This document shows, one piece after another, positions 1 through 8,465 of a stretch of 64,000 bases of DNA. The notes beneath the pieces were generated by a model that had not been told where the DNA came from, did no database searches, and saw nothing but the letters and a program-made list of their open reading frames with translations. Each line of letters starts with the position of its first letter. Position 1 is the first letter of the stretch. Source of the stretch: Vulcanococcus sp. (GTDB lineage Bacteria; Cyanobacteriota; Cyanobacteriia; PCC-6307; Cyanobiaceae); NCBI RefSeq assembly GCF_049418265.1, contig NZ_JBMSIW010000001.1. One strand, 5' to 3'. A program made the translations under genes and the position numbers.

Positions 1-265
1 CTTTGACCGCAAAGCCGGAACCCTCACCGTGACCCGTCGCGGCTTCCGTCAGTTGATCAGCATCACCACCCCGCTCAAGGAGATTCAGGCGGTGAAGGTG
101 GATGTGCGCGATGGCCTGAATCCGCGCCGGCGCCTCTCGCTCAGGGTTCAGGGTCGCCGCGACCTTCCCCTCAGCAGCGTGGGTGAACCCATGCCCCTGG
201 CTGATCTCGAGCGTGGTGGCGCTGAGCTGGCTCGCTTCCTGGGTGTGCCGCTGGAGGGCGTCTGA
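1..265 (+). CDS. ycf4: photosystem I assembly protein Ycf4 (5'-truncated by window edge)
   Basis: C-terminal motif ..EGLNPRRRL-like ([21 protein letters not shown]) and ending [14 protein letters not shown]; frame open from position 2. Confidence 0.92.
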   Translation, partial: FDRKAGTLTVTRRGFRQLISITTPLKEIQAVKVDVRDGLNPRRRLSLRVQGRRDLPLSSVGEPMPLADLERGGAELARFLGVPLEGV

Positions 266-972
266 TGGTCCTGATGCGTTCGTTCTTGCTGGCCGCTGTT
301 CTGGCCTTGACCCCCATGGGCCTGGTGGCCTGTGCGGCACCGTCCCCCACCCAGCAGGTGGGCTGCGGCACCGCCGGCGTTCCCTGCCTCAAGGGCACCG
401 CCGTGGTGGAGCTCAAGACCACCAAGGGGACTGTTGAACTGAGTCTCGATGGCAATGCGGCCCCGCTCACCGCGGGCAATTTCGTGGATCTGGTCCGCCG
501 CGGCACCTACAACGGCACCGTGTTCCACCGGGTCGTGAAGGAACCGATCCCCTTTGTGGTTCAGGGCGGTGACCCCCAGAGCGCCAATCCAGCCACTCCG
601 CTCAGTGCCCTGGGAACGGGCAGCTTCAACGACCCTTCGACCGGCCAGGCCCGATACGTCCCCTTGGAGATCCTGCTCAACGGCGAGTCGGCTCCCCGCT
701 ACGGCGAGATCACAGCCGGTCCCGGTCAGCAGCAGCGCATCAAGCTGCCCCACGACCGTGGCGCCCTGGCCATGGCCCGCTCGAACGATCCCAATTCGGC
801 CAGCGCCCAGTTCTATATCGCCCTGCGCGCTTTGCCGGAGCTGGATGGCCGCTACGCCGTCTTTGGCCGGGTGACCAAGGGCATGGAGGTGGTGGATCGC
901 ATCAGCCAGGGCGACAAGCTGATCAGCGCGACCGTTCTGCAGGGCGGCACCCTGGTCAAGGACGCGAACTAG
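265..972 (+). CDS. cyclophilin-type peptidyl-prolyl cis-trans isomerase with N-terminal signal/lipoprotein peptide
   Basis: APLTAGNFVDLV, FHRVV, VVQGGDP, GALAMARS, SAQFYI, YAVFGRV cyclophilin motifs. Confidence 0.92.
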   Translation: MVLMRSFLLAAVLALTPMGLVACAAPSPTQQVGCGTAGVPCLKGTAVVELKTTKGTVELSLDGNAAPLTAGNFVDLVRRGTYNGTVFHRVVKEPIPFVVQGGDPQSANPATPLSALGTGSFNDPSTGQARYVPLEILLNGESAPRYGEITAGPGQQQRIKLPHDRGALAMARSNDPNSASAQFYIALRALPELDGRYAVFGRVTKGMEVVDRISQGDKLISATVLQGGTLVKDAN

Positions 973-1001
973 CTCCTGCGAACTAGGTCCTGAGAACTAG
1001 G
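966..1001. repeat. imperfect 14-bp tandem repeat (GAACTAGsTCCTGm, about 2.5 copies) between convergent stop codons
   Basis: gaactagctcctgc / gaactaggtcctga / gaactagg read directly. Confidence 0.7.
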
Positions 1002-1527
1002 CCGGGACCCGCTTGTCCAGGCTGGTGACCTTCAGGTAAGCCGTGTTCACACCGGATTCCCGCTCCAGGGCGATGCGTCCGGTGCGCGCGATCTCCAGGA
1101 TCCCGTAGCTCGCCAGCACGTTCTCGAGGGCCACGAGCTTGCCGGGGTCGCCCACGATCTCGATCACCAGCGCGGTGTCGGCCACATCGACCACCTTGGC
1201 GCGGAAGACCTGCACCAGATCCAGGATCGCGGCGCGCTTCTCGGGTGGCGCTGAGACCTTGACCAGCATCAATTCGCGCTCCACCGCCGGGATGCGCGTC
1301 AGGTCGGTGACCCCCAGCACGTTCACCAGCTTGTTGAGCTGTTTGGTGAGTTGCTCGAGGGTTTGGGCGTCGCCGTCCACCACCATGGTCAGACGGGAGC
1401 GGCCTGGCTGTTCCGCGGGGCCCACCGCCAGGCTTTCGATGTTGAAGCCACGGCGAGCAAACAGGCCGGCGATGCGGCTCAGGGCACCGGATTCGTCTTC
1501 CAACAGCACCGAGAGGGTGTGCTTCAT
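997..1527 (-). CDS. ilvN: acetolactate synthase small (regulatory) subunit
   Basis: [39 protein letters not shown] domain; EIARTG. Confidence 0.96.
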   Translation of the reverse strand: MKHTLSVLLEDESGALSRIAGLFARRGFNIESLAVGPAEQPGRSRLTMVVDGDAQTLEQLTKQLNKLVNVLGVTDLTRIPAVERELMLVKVSAPPEKRAAILDLVQVFRAKVVDVADTALVIEIVGDPGKLVALENVLASYGILEIARTGRIALERESGVNTAYLKVTSLDKRVPA

Positions 1528-2507
1528 GCCCAGGGCTGTTTGTGAGGCGGACCGTCCACCAAGTTACGCGCCAGCCAGGTGAGTAGGGCCTCGTGAAAGA
1601 GCTCGGGATGCTCGTCGTGGGGGCAGTGGCCCACACCAGGGAGATGCTGCAGCGTCAGATCGGCTTTGTGTTGGGCCAATTGCGTGCTGACCTCAATCGG
1701 GACCAGGCGGTCCTGAGCGCCCCAGAGCACCAGCAGGGGTTGTCGCATCCGCCGCAGTAGGCAGGCCGCGGTGGCCTGCCTGGGTCTGAGGGCCATGCCG
1801 ATGCTCATCGCCCGCAGGGACCTGGCTGCCGTGGGCCTCAGGGCTGGACGGGCGATCAGGCGCCGCAGTTCACTGTCCACGGCCGATTGATCGCTGTAGG
1901 CGCTGCGCAGCCCCAGATCCAACAGGGGTGAACGCGCGATCAGGGGGATCAGCAGCTCCAGGGGCAGCAGGCGGCAGAGCAGCACGACGATCCAGCGCTG
2001 CAGACATCGCCGCCAACGGGGCCTCCGGGTCTCGATGGGCAATAACAAGGTGGGATCCGGCAGCGGAGCCGCCACCACGGCCTGAACCCAGCGGGGGGAG
2101 AAGACGGCCGCGGTGATCCCCACCAGGGCCCCCAGGGAGTTGCCGACCAGCACGGCGGGACCTTGAACGACCTGCTCCAGGAAGGCCTGCACCTGCCGCG
2201 CCCAGAGACGGTTATCGAGGGGGCTGCGGCGATGGTGCGCTGGTTGGCTCGAGGCGCCAAAGCCCACGAGATCCAGGGCATAGACACACCAGCCGGCCTG
2301 GACCAGGGTGGCCGCGTTGTGGCGCCAATGGCCGCTGGCTGCCCCGAAGCCGTGCAGCAGCAGCAGGGCGGGAGCCTCACGCTGACCCAGCACCCGCCAG
2401 TGGCAGCTGTAGCCCTGCCAGTGCCAGAGGCCGCTCTCTCCCCACTGGGCCCCCGTGGGGGCAGGCTGGAGTTGCGATGGCGGTGGCGGAACCACGGTGA
2501 CCGACAC
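1524..2507 (-). CDS. alpha/beta fold hydrolase
   Basis: [13 protein letters not shown] nucleophile elbow, GHCPHDE catalytic His. Confidence 0.9.
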   Translation of the reverse strand: MSVTVVPPPPSQLQPAPTGAQWGESGLWHWQGYSCHWRVLGQREAPALLLLHGFGAASGHWRHNAATLVQAGWCVYALDLVGFGASSQPAHHRRSPLDNRLWARQVQAFLEQVVQGPAVLVGNSLGALVGITAAVFSPRWVQAVVAAPLPDPTLLLPIETRRPRWRRCLQRWIVVLLCRLLPLELLIPLIARSPLLDLGLRSAYSDQSAVDSELRRLIARPALRPTAARSLRAMSIGMALRPRQATAACLLRRMRQPLLVLWGAQDRLVPIEVSTQLAQHKADLTLQHLPGVGHCPHDEHPELFHEALLTWLARNLVDGPPHKQPWA

Positions 2508-3639
2508 GGCGAATCCTGCTCACTATTGCGAAGGTGCCGCCCAACTGCAGTTGGGGGCGGGCTTCTTTCGCCCCGAGTCACGCCCCTCTCGCGACCTGGG
2601 CGTGCTGCTGGTGCGGCATCTGGCGGCGGATCAGCCCTTGCGCGTGCTCGATCTGATGGCGGGCTGCGGCATCCGCGCCCTGCGCTACGGGCTGGAGGGG
2701 GGTGCGGCGGAGGTCTGGGCCAATGACGCCGATGCGGACCGGCTGCCTCTGCTCGAGCGCAACCTGGAGCCTTTGCAAGCTCAGGGCTGCCGCCTGGAGC
2801 TGAGCGCCCGCACCGCGCAGCATCTGCTCGCGGACTGCCTGATGCAGCAACGGCGTTTCGGCTTCCTGGATCTCGATGCCTTTGGCTGCCCCACCACCTT
2901 GGTGCCCCTGGCCCTGGAGGCGCTGGAGTTTGGCGGGGTGCTCTATCTGGCCAGCACCGATGGACGCTCGCCGACCGGCCATGACAGACCCGCCGCCATT
3001 CGCTCCCTGGGCGCGGCGGCTCGGGCCCATCCCGCCAGCTGGGAGTTGGCCCTGCGCCTGCAGATCGCTGTGGTGGCACGGGCGGCCTGGGCGATGGGGC
3101 GCGGCATCCGTCCCCTGTTCAGCTTCAGTGAGGGGCGCACCTTTCGCACGGCCCTGCAGCTTTGCCGGCGTCCCGGGCCGCGGGAGGAGGAGCAACTAGG
3201 CCTGCTGGCCTCCTGCCATGGCTGCTCAGACCAGCAGCATCAGAGCCTGCTCAAGCTGCGGCAATGGCGAGCCTGCAGCTGCCGCGAGGCGCCGCCGCTC
3301 TCGATCTCCGGACCCCTCTGGCTCGGACCCCTGCAAGATCCCGGCAGCCTCGCCGCCATGGGGGTCGCCGCTGGCTCGCTGCCCGCCGATTCCATCGCAA
3401 AGACTTCTCAGCGGCTGCTCTCCCAGCTGCAGGCTGATTGCGGGCTGCCACTGCACTGTTGGCCTCTGGCGGAGCTGGGACGACGGCTGGGTTCAGGACC
3501 TCCCGCGATGGAGGAACTGCTGCAGCGGCTCCATCAGGAGGGCTATCAGGCCCATCGCTCCGGTGTCATGGCCGGCCAGTTCCGCAGCAATGCGCCCTTT
3601 CAGCGCGTTCTCGAGCTGGCTTCTGCGCTAAATAGGTAG
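2497..3639 (+). CDS. trm1: N2,N2-dimethylguanosine tRNA methyltransferase (Trm1 family)
   Basis: FFRPESRPSRDLGV, VLDLMAGCGIRALRY, LDLDAFG, GPLWLGPL; GTG start at 2497 chosen. Confidence 0.85.
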   Translation: MTDTANPAHYCEGAAQLQLGAGFFRPESRPSRDLGVLLVRHLAADQPLRVLDLMAGCGIRALRYGLEGGAAEVWANDADADRLPLLERNLEPLQAQGCRLELSARTAQHLLADCLMQQRRFGFLDLDAFGCPTTLVPLALEALEFGGVLYLASTDGRSPTGHDRPAAIRSLGAAARAHPASWELALRLQIAVVARAAWAMGRGIRPLFSFSEGRTFRTALQLCRRPGPREEEQLGLLASCHGCSDQQHQSLLKLRQWRACSCREAPPLSISGPLWLGPLQDPGSLAAMGVAAGSLPADSIAKTSQRLLSQLQADCGLPLHCWPLAELGRRLGSGPPAMEELLQRLHQEGYQAHRSGVMAGQFRSNAPFQRVLELASALNR

Positions 3640-3657
3640 CCGTTACGGCACAGGGTC

Positions 3658-3759
3658 ATGGCCTCGGAAATCTTCGGCACCGCAGCGCTGTTCTGGGTTC
3701 TGATCCCCATCGGCCTGGCCGGTGGCGCGCTGCTGCTGAAGCTGCAAGGCGACAACTGA
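3658..3759 (+). CDS. petM: cytochrome b6-f complex subunit PetM
   Basis: Read manually (below ORF-track cutoff): [33 protein letters not shown]; upstream of ycf39 as usual. Confidence 0.93.
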   Translation: MASEIFGTAALFWVLIPIGLAGGALLLKLQGDN

Positions 3760-3831
3760 AGCCCGGCGGGCGTGGCTGCACACGTCCCGGAACGGCTCAC
3801 CTCTAGGCTCGGGCCTCTCTGACTCAGCCTG

Positions 3832-4794
3832 ATGCAGGTCCTGGTGATCGGTGCGACCGGAACGTTGGGTCGTCAAATCGCTCGGCAGGCCCTGGACGCT
3901 GGCCATCAGGTCCGCTGCATGGTGCGCTCTCCGCGCAAGGCGTCGTTTCTGCAGGAGTGGGGCTGTGAGCTCACCCGCGGAGACCTGCTGGAGCCCGACA
4001 GCCTGGACTACGCCCTGGAAGGCCAAGAGGCGGTCATTGATGCCGCGACGGCCCGAGCGACAGATCCCGGCAGCGTCTACGACACGGACTGGACCGGCAA
4101 ACTGAACCTGCTCAACGCCTGCGAACGCGCCGGCGTCAAGCGCTTCATCTTCCTCTCCTTGCTCGGGGCCGAGAAGCACCGCGATGTCCCCTTGATGGAC
4201 ATCAAGCACTGCACGGAGCGTGCCCTGATCGAGTCGGACTTCGACTACACGATCCTGCGCGGTGTGGCCTTCATGCAGGGCCTGATCAGCCAGGTGGCGA
4301 TTCCTGTGCTGGAGAACCAGACCGTCTGGGTGAGCGGCAGCCCGACATCGATCGCTTACATGAACACCCAGGATCTGGCCCGCTTTGCGGTGGCCGCCCT
4401 GAGTCGCCCTGAAACCAGCCGCCAGGCTTTCCCCGTGGTGGGTCCCCGGGCCTGGAGTACCGGTGAGATCACCCAGATCTGCGAGAAGTACACCAGCAAG
4501 AGCGCCCGGGTGATTCGGGTTCGTCCCTTCCTGCTGCGCCTGATGGAGGGCATCACCTCCTTCTTTGAGCCGTCGGTGAACGTGGCTGAACGCCTCGCCT
4601 TCGACAAGGTGATGGGTGGTGGTGAACCGCTGACGGCTCCCATGGAGGAGAGCTATGCCGCCTTTGGCCTCGATCCCAGCGAGACCACCGAGCTGGAGGC
4701 CTACCTCAAGGAGTACTACGACACGATCCTCAAGCGCCTGCGCGACATGGAGGCCGATCTCGATAAGGACGCCAAGAAGAAGCTCCCCTTCTGA
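3832..4794 (+). CDS. ycf39: Ycf39-like NAD(P)-binding atypical SDR (PSII assembly factor family)
   Basis: GATGTLGRQIAR, FLQEWG, VPLMDIK, AYMNTQDLARF. Confidence 0.88.
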   Translation: MQVLVIGATGTLGRQIARQALDAGHQVRCMVRSPRKASFLQEWGCELTRGDLLEPDSLDYALEGQEAVIDAATARATDPGSVYDTDWTGKLNLLNACERAGVKRFIFLSLLGAEKHRDVPLMDIKHCTERALIESDFDYTILRGVAFMQGLISQVAIPVLENQTVWVSGSPTSIAYMNTQDLARFAVAALSRPETSRQAFPVVGPRAWSTGEITQICEKYTSKSARVIRVRPFLLRLMEGITSFFEPSVNVAERLAFDKVMGGGEPLTAPMEESYAAFGLDPSETTELEAYLKEYYDTILKRLRDMEADLDKDAKKKLPF

Positions 4795-4853
4795 ACCCCT
4801 GGCACCCGCCTATGGTTCGCTTGTACTATTGCCCTGAGTTGACCGGTTGATTC

Positions 4854-5069
4854 GTGGCCATTGCTCAGATCAAGAACCTGCAGCGTCGCCTCGCTCTTCT
4901 GGAGCAGGAAGCCGTTGACGAGGTGAGTCGAGCCTGCGGCCATGACCTCTGGCAGTCCATTGGCCCCGATGCGCTCGACAGCCTCGAGGATCCCGATCGT
5001 CGTGCTCGCGCGAACTACTACTACGGGCAGCTGCAGGTGGTGCGAGAGCTCAAGGACGTTCTGGGTTAA
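4854..5069 (+). CDS. small hypothetical protein
   Basis: 71-aa ORF with host-like codon usage (ANYYYGQLQVVREL). Confidence 0.65.
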   Translation: MAIAQIKNLQRRLALLEQEAVDEVSRACGHDLWQSIGPDALDSLEDPDRRARANYYYGQLQVVRELKDVLG

Positions 5070-5108
5070 GCGCGCCTGCAGGGACCCCGCCGGACTGCGG
5101 CGGCCAAT

Positions 5109-5141
5109 AAAAAACCCGCGGGATCGCTGCTTCCCGCGGGT
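5109..5141 (-). terminator. Rho-independent terminator (minus strand)
   Basis: 10-bp stem acccgcggga/tcccgcgggt with 8-nt loop; A run at 5109-5114 gives a U tract on the minus strand. Confidence 0.8.
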
Positions 5142-5211
5142 GTCTCCCATAAACCCGAGCCAATGGAAGCGATCCCTGGGGGATCCGCCATAGGCACCTT
5201 TACCCATTGGC
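5109..5211 (-). ncRNA. candidate structured small RNA (PsrR1/SyR1-like motif)
   Basis: Nested hairpins, then CTCGGGTTTATGGGAG immediately 5' of the terminator; resembles the recalled PsrR1 CUCGG..UAUGG core. Confidence 0.35.
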
Positions 5212-5394
5212 GAGCGGTTCTTTCTTTTTGACGACGCAGCCGGCCACGCCGCAGACCACTTCAAAGTCATCGCCATCGCGCAGGTTGATGGCGCGCTTGC
5301 TGATCTTGCGCGGCGCGCGCAGACCCGGAACCGTCAGCCTTGAGGCTGATTCGATCAGTCGCTTTTTGATGCTGCGGAAGACGCCAAACGCCAT
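5200..5394 (-). CDS. small hypothetical protein
   Basis: 64-aa basic ORF with ATG start; last of three co-oriented small ORFs. Confidence 0.5.
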   Translation of the reverse strand: MAFGVFRSIKKRLIESASRLTVPGLRAPRKISKRAINLRDGDDFEVVCGVAGCVVKKKEPLANG

Positions 5395-5408
5395 GCCTGA
5401 CTCCGGAT

Positions 5409-5612
5409 CTACCGCTGTCCTAGCAGCGGGGAGAACGGCTGTCTGTTCGCGCTGAGATTCTCATCCACTTCGGCCAGGCGCTCCAGGATCCTGGCCTGAT
5501 CCACAGCCGAAAGTTCGCCGCTGGCTGTCCACTTCATGCAGGTGGAGCCCAGGCAGTCGCGTCGTTGCTCGAGGGTCGTCATGGCGCGCACCTCCGCGCT
5601 CTGATGACTCAA
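5409..5612 (-). CDS. small hypothetical protein (start may be the ATG at 5582)
   Basis: CMKWTASGELSAVDQARILERL; 4-nt overlap with the upstream ORF. Confidence 0.55.
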   Translation of the reverse strand: MSHQSAEVRAMTTLEQRRDCLGSTCMKWTASGELSAVDQARILERLAEVDENLSANRQPFSPLLGQR

Positions 5613-5830
5613 GGCTGCTCGCGAACGTGACCTTGGTCTACCCCCAAAAGGGAGTGATGCCTGTCTGCCTCGGACTGCTCCAGCAGGTCCTCGGCCAGGA
5701 GCAGCAGGGCCATCCCCATCAGGCCCAGGGCCGTACCACGCTCGCTGTCGCTCGTCGCTTCGATGGCGCGGGCGGCTTGGAGGTGGTCCGGCCAGCTGAA
5801 ACGCATCAGAACCTGGGCTTGTGCGCTCAC
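5609..5830 (-). CDS. small hypothetical protein with hydrophobic segment
   Basis: 73-aa ORF containing ALGLMGMALLLLAEDLL. Confidence 0.45.
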   Translation of the reverse strand: MSAQAQVLMRFSWPDHLQAARAIEATSDSERGTALGLMGMALLLLAEDLLEQSEADRHHSLLGVDQGHVREQP

Positions 5831-5898
5831 TATCGAGGGCGCGGACCTCTGGCCGCGAGAATCATTACAACCAGAAACACTGACATTGGCGCGATCCG

Positions 5899-5939
5899 GT
5901 AGTTCTTGTTACGCCTGCCGTGGTTCAGCTGGATACGCT
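5899..5939 (+). promoter_or_regulatory. NtcA-activated promoter (NtcA box plus -10)
   Basis: GTA-gttcttgt-TAC at 5899-5912, 21-nt spacer, TAcgcT at 5934-5939, 25 nt upstream of the ATG at 5965. Confidence 0.75.
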
Positions 5940-5964
5940 TCGCAGCGTCATCGGTTGAGCTGTC

Positions 5965-6186
5965 ATGTCTTCAGCGATTGAACTATCGATTGGCCAACAG
6001 TTTGAGATCGAGCGCTTCAATCGGGCGCTGGATGCCACAACCGATCCGGATCAGCTCAGGCAGCTGGCGAAGCAACTGATGCAGGCCTGGCAGGCTCAGA
6101 AGGCAGCCACCAAATGGGCGATCCATCAGCAGCATTCCCCGCCCAGCTTCCAGGTGCCGCAGGGGTCTGAGGCCATCCATGACTAA
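5965..6186 (+). CDS. NblA-like phycobilisome degradation protein
   Basis: IELSIGQQFEIERF resembles the NblA N-terminal (I)ELSLEQQF motif; helix-loop-helix size; NtcA promoter upstream. Confidence 0.6.
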   Translation: MSSAIELSIGQQFEIERFNRALDATTDPDQLRQLAKQLMQAWQAQKAATKWAIHQQHSPPSFQVPQGSEAIHD

Positions 6187-6210
6187 TCAAAAGGCGTCTG
6201 GATTGGTTCG

Positions 6211-6250
6211 ATTTCTGTTAGCTCAGCCAATTTCTGTTAGCTCAGCCAAT
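6211..6250. repeat. perfect 19-bp tandem duplication
   Basis: atttctgttagctcagcca twice, duplicating the stop-codon region of the 6237..6743 gene. Confidence 0.9.
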
Positions 6251-6743
6251 CGAGAGGCAGTGAAAATGTCAGCACCCCATGGCTGTCTTTTGTGGCACCT
6301 GGGGTGATGGCGATGCAGGCCAGTTCCTGATCATTCCAGGCCTCTCGGGCTTTGGCGGCAAAGGCTGCTGAATCACCCACAGACCAGACAGCTTTGCCCT
6401 TGTCTTGTTGTTCTTCGCGGAAGCGTTCGTAGACCTCTGCAAAGTCATCGGCGTCTTCGCCCTCCAGCATCGCGGCCAGGGCCGTCTCGGGGCCCTCATC
6501 GCGGGCACGTTTGAGAAAGGTCTGGAGAATGGGGTGATCCAGGGCGCTGCTGGCCACCACCACCGAGTTGATGGTGCCCACCGTGCTGGTGACCACCTGT
6601 GGGGTTTCGCCGCGGGCGTCGATCACGGCGCAGATGCTGGAGAAGGACCACTCCCTCTCGGCCCTCACCAGGCTGGCCGGCGCGCGCAGCAACGGGCGCA
6701 CCTCACCGACGAGGTCCTTGATGAATTGGGTGGCCTCATCCAT
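6237..6743 (-). CDS. hypothetical protein
   Basis: 168-aa ORF with ATG start and plausible globular composition. Confidence 0.65.
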   Translation of the reverse strand: MDEATQFIKDLVGEVRPLLRAPASLVRAEREWSFSSICAVIDARGETPQVVTSTVGTINSVVVASSALDHPILQTFLKRARDEGPETALAAMLEGEDADDFAEVYERFREEQQDKGKAVWSVGDSAAFAAKAREAWNDQELACIAITPGATKDSHGVLTFSLPLDWLS

Positions 6744-7077
6744 GGTTCTGTCGCCAGAGCCAGAAGGCGCGAATCAATTTGCGATGCGGTGGGGTGACAT
6801 CGACCATCGGTCTGGTCGAACGGCGTCCCTGCAGGTTGTTGAACAACCCCTCAAAGGGCGTCCCCGCGTAGGGGTTGTAGGGCATGCGCTCCGCTTCCTG
6901 GCGCAGCCGGCGCAGGGTGGGGATCAACAGCAGAGCCACCACCAGCGAGACGATCAGCAGATAGGGCAACAGGCTGGCCAGCCAGATCGTCATGACCACC
7001 GCGCCAAGACCCTGCAGCAGGGCCGCAGCCCAGCGCGGCAGCCTGCCGTGTTGCTCGCGACCCGGAAGTTGTCTCAC
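6736..7077 (-). CDS. hypothetical membrane protein
   Basis: Long hydrophobic stretch (LGAVVMTIWLASLLPYLLIVSLVVALLLIP); C-terminal VDVTP. Confidence 0.6.
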   Translation of the reverse strand: MRQLPGREQHGRLPRWAAALLQGLGAVVMTIWLASLLPYLLIVSLVVALLLIPTLRRLRQEAERMPYNPYAGTPFEGLFNNLQGRRSTRPMVDVTPPHRKLIRAFWLWRQNHG

Positions 7078-7128
7078 CCGGTCATGGTCTCACCCAGTTG
7101 CGATCACAACCAGTCGTGATTGCACGCC

Positions 7129-7242
7129 CTATTCGGCGGTGCTGTGCATCGCGATCGCCAGTTCTCTGATCAGTTCGCGGACGCCGTAGAGGGCCAAACC
7201 AATCACAATTCCACCCACCAGGAGGGGAAGGGCGTAGTCCAT
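7129..7242 (-). CDS. 37-aa single-TM small protein
   Basis: Read manually: MDYALPLLVGGIVIGLALYGVRELIRELAIAMHSTAE. Confidence 0.5.
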   Translation of the reverse strand: MDYALPLLVGGIVIGLALYGVRELIRELAIAMHSTAE

Positions 7243-7308
7243 GGCAGACACCTGCTCTTTGCCCTGTCTTATCTCCGTGTTGCCGAAATGGCAGCTGCGC
7301 CGCTCGGC

Positions 7309-7959
7309 TCAACGCCGCGCCAAGCCACCCTTCCCTCCGCCACCAGCTCTTCCGGATTTCCCGCCACCGGCCCGTCCGCCCCGCCCAGGGGAGTGAGGTG
7401 CTTTCTGCATGAGCGCCTGCAGCCGGCTTTGCTCGCTGGCAGAGACCTGGCGCCATTGCCCGGGTTGGAGCCCCTCAAGGTTCAGGCAGTCGCCGCCATC
7501 CATCAGATCAATCGCGACCCGCAGGAGGCGCAGGGTGGGGTGGCCCACCGCCGCCGTCATCCGCCGGACCTGGCGGTTGCGCCCCTCCCGGAGCTCAAGC
7601 TGCAGCCAGCAGGTGGGGATGCTTTGCCGGCTGCGAATCGGTGGATCGCGCTCCGCCAGGCCGGGATCTTCGATCAGTTGCGCCTTGGCGCTCAGGGTGC
7701 GCTGCCCCTGCACCAGGACCCCGCCCTCCAGTTGCTGGAGCACCTCCTGAGTGGGGAGGCCTTCGAGTTGGGCCCAGTAGCGGCGCCAGTGACCCCAGCG
7801 GGGATCGGTGAGCCGTTGCTGCAGCCGCCCGTCACTGGTCAGGAGCAGCAGACCCTCGCTGTCGGCATCGAGGCGGCCGGCGGCGTAGACCCCCGGGACC
7901 GTGATGTAGTCGGCCAGGCACCCCCAGCGGGATCCCTCTTCTGGGGTGAACTGGCTCAA
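7309..7959 (-). CDS. pseudouridine synthase (RsuA/RluE family); true start probably slightly upstream
   Basis: AGRLDADSEGLLLLT, EGRNRQVRRM, TLRLLRV. Confidence 0.9.
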   Translation of the reverse strand: MSQFTPEEGSRWGCLADYITVPGVYAAGRLDADSEGLLLLTSDGRLQQRLTDPRWGHWRRYWAQLEGLPTQEVLQQLEGGVLVQGQRTLSAKAQLIEDPGLAERDPPIRSRQSIPTCWLQLELREGRNRQVRRMTAAVGHPTLRLLRVAIDLMDGGDCLNLEGLQPGQWRQVSASEQSRLQALMQKAPHSPGRGGRAGGGKSGRAGGGGKGGLARR

Positions 7960-8198
7960 GACCCCGTAGGGCTTGTTGAAGAGCAGTGTCGTCAGGGCCC
8001 TGGAGCAGCGCCGTTCAGGAAGCCTGGCGAGCCTTCCAGAGATTCACAACCCCGATCGAGATCATCAGCAGACCCAGGTCCATCGAGAGAGGAGGCAGAA
8101 CCATGGGGCCGCACGGAGCAGGGAGTCGGGACCTTAGCGGTTTCAGAGGCCACCTAAGCTGTCGGCAGTGCACTTTGATCGGCCTCCAGCAGCGACGC

Positions 8199-8465
8199 AT
8201 GATTGAGACCTCCGGCGTTATCGAGAAGGAACAGGGCAACGGGTTCTACCTGGTCACCCTCGAGCAGCCTGCAGGCCACCAATGCCTTTGCCGGGCGGCG
8301 GGCAAGTTGACCAAGTTCCGCATCAAGCTGCTGGCCGGAGACAAGGTGCTGGTGGAGATCAGCCCCTACGACCTCAGCCGTGGGCGCATCACCTACCGGG
8401 AGCGCAACGCCAATGCCGGCCCGCGTCCCGGTGGTAACCGCCCCGGCGGCCCCCGCCGCCGTTAA
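8199..8465 (+). CDS. infA: translation initiation factor IF-1
   Basis: MIETSGVI..IKLLAGDKVLVEISPYDLSRGRITYR. Confidence 0.95.
   Translation: MIETSGVIEKEQGNGFYLVTLEQPAGHQCLCRAAGKLTKFRIKLLAGDKVLVEISPYDLSRGRITYRERNANAGPRPGGNRPGGPRRR

Noticed and set aside
2497-3639. Archaeal/eukaryote-type Trm1 as a horizontal-transfer novelty
   Set aside because: Trm1 homologues are already known in cyanobacteria and the gene has host-like composition
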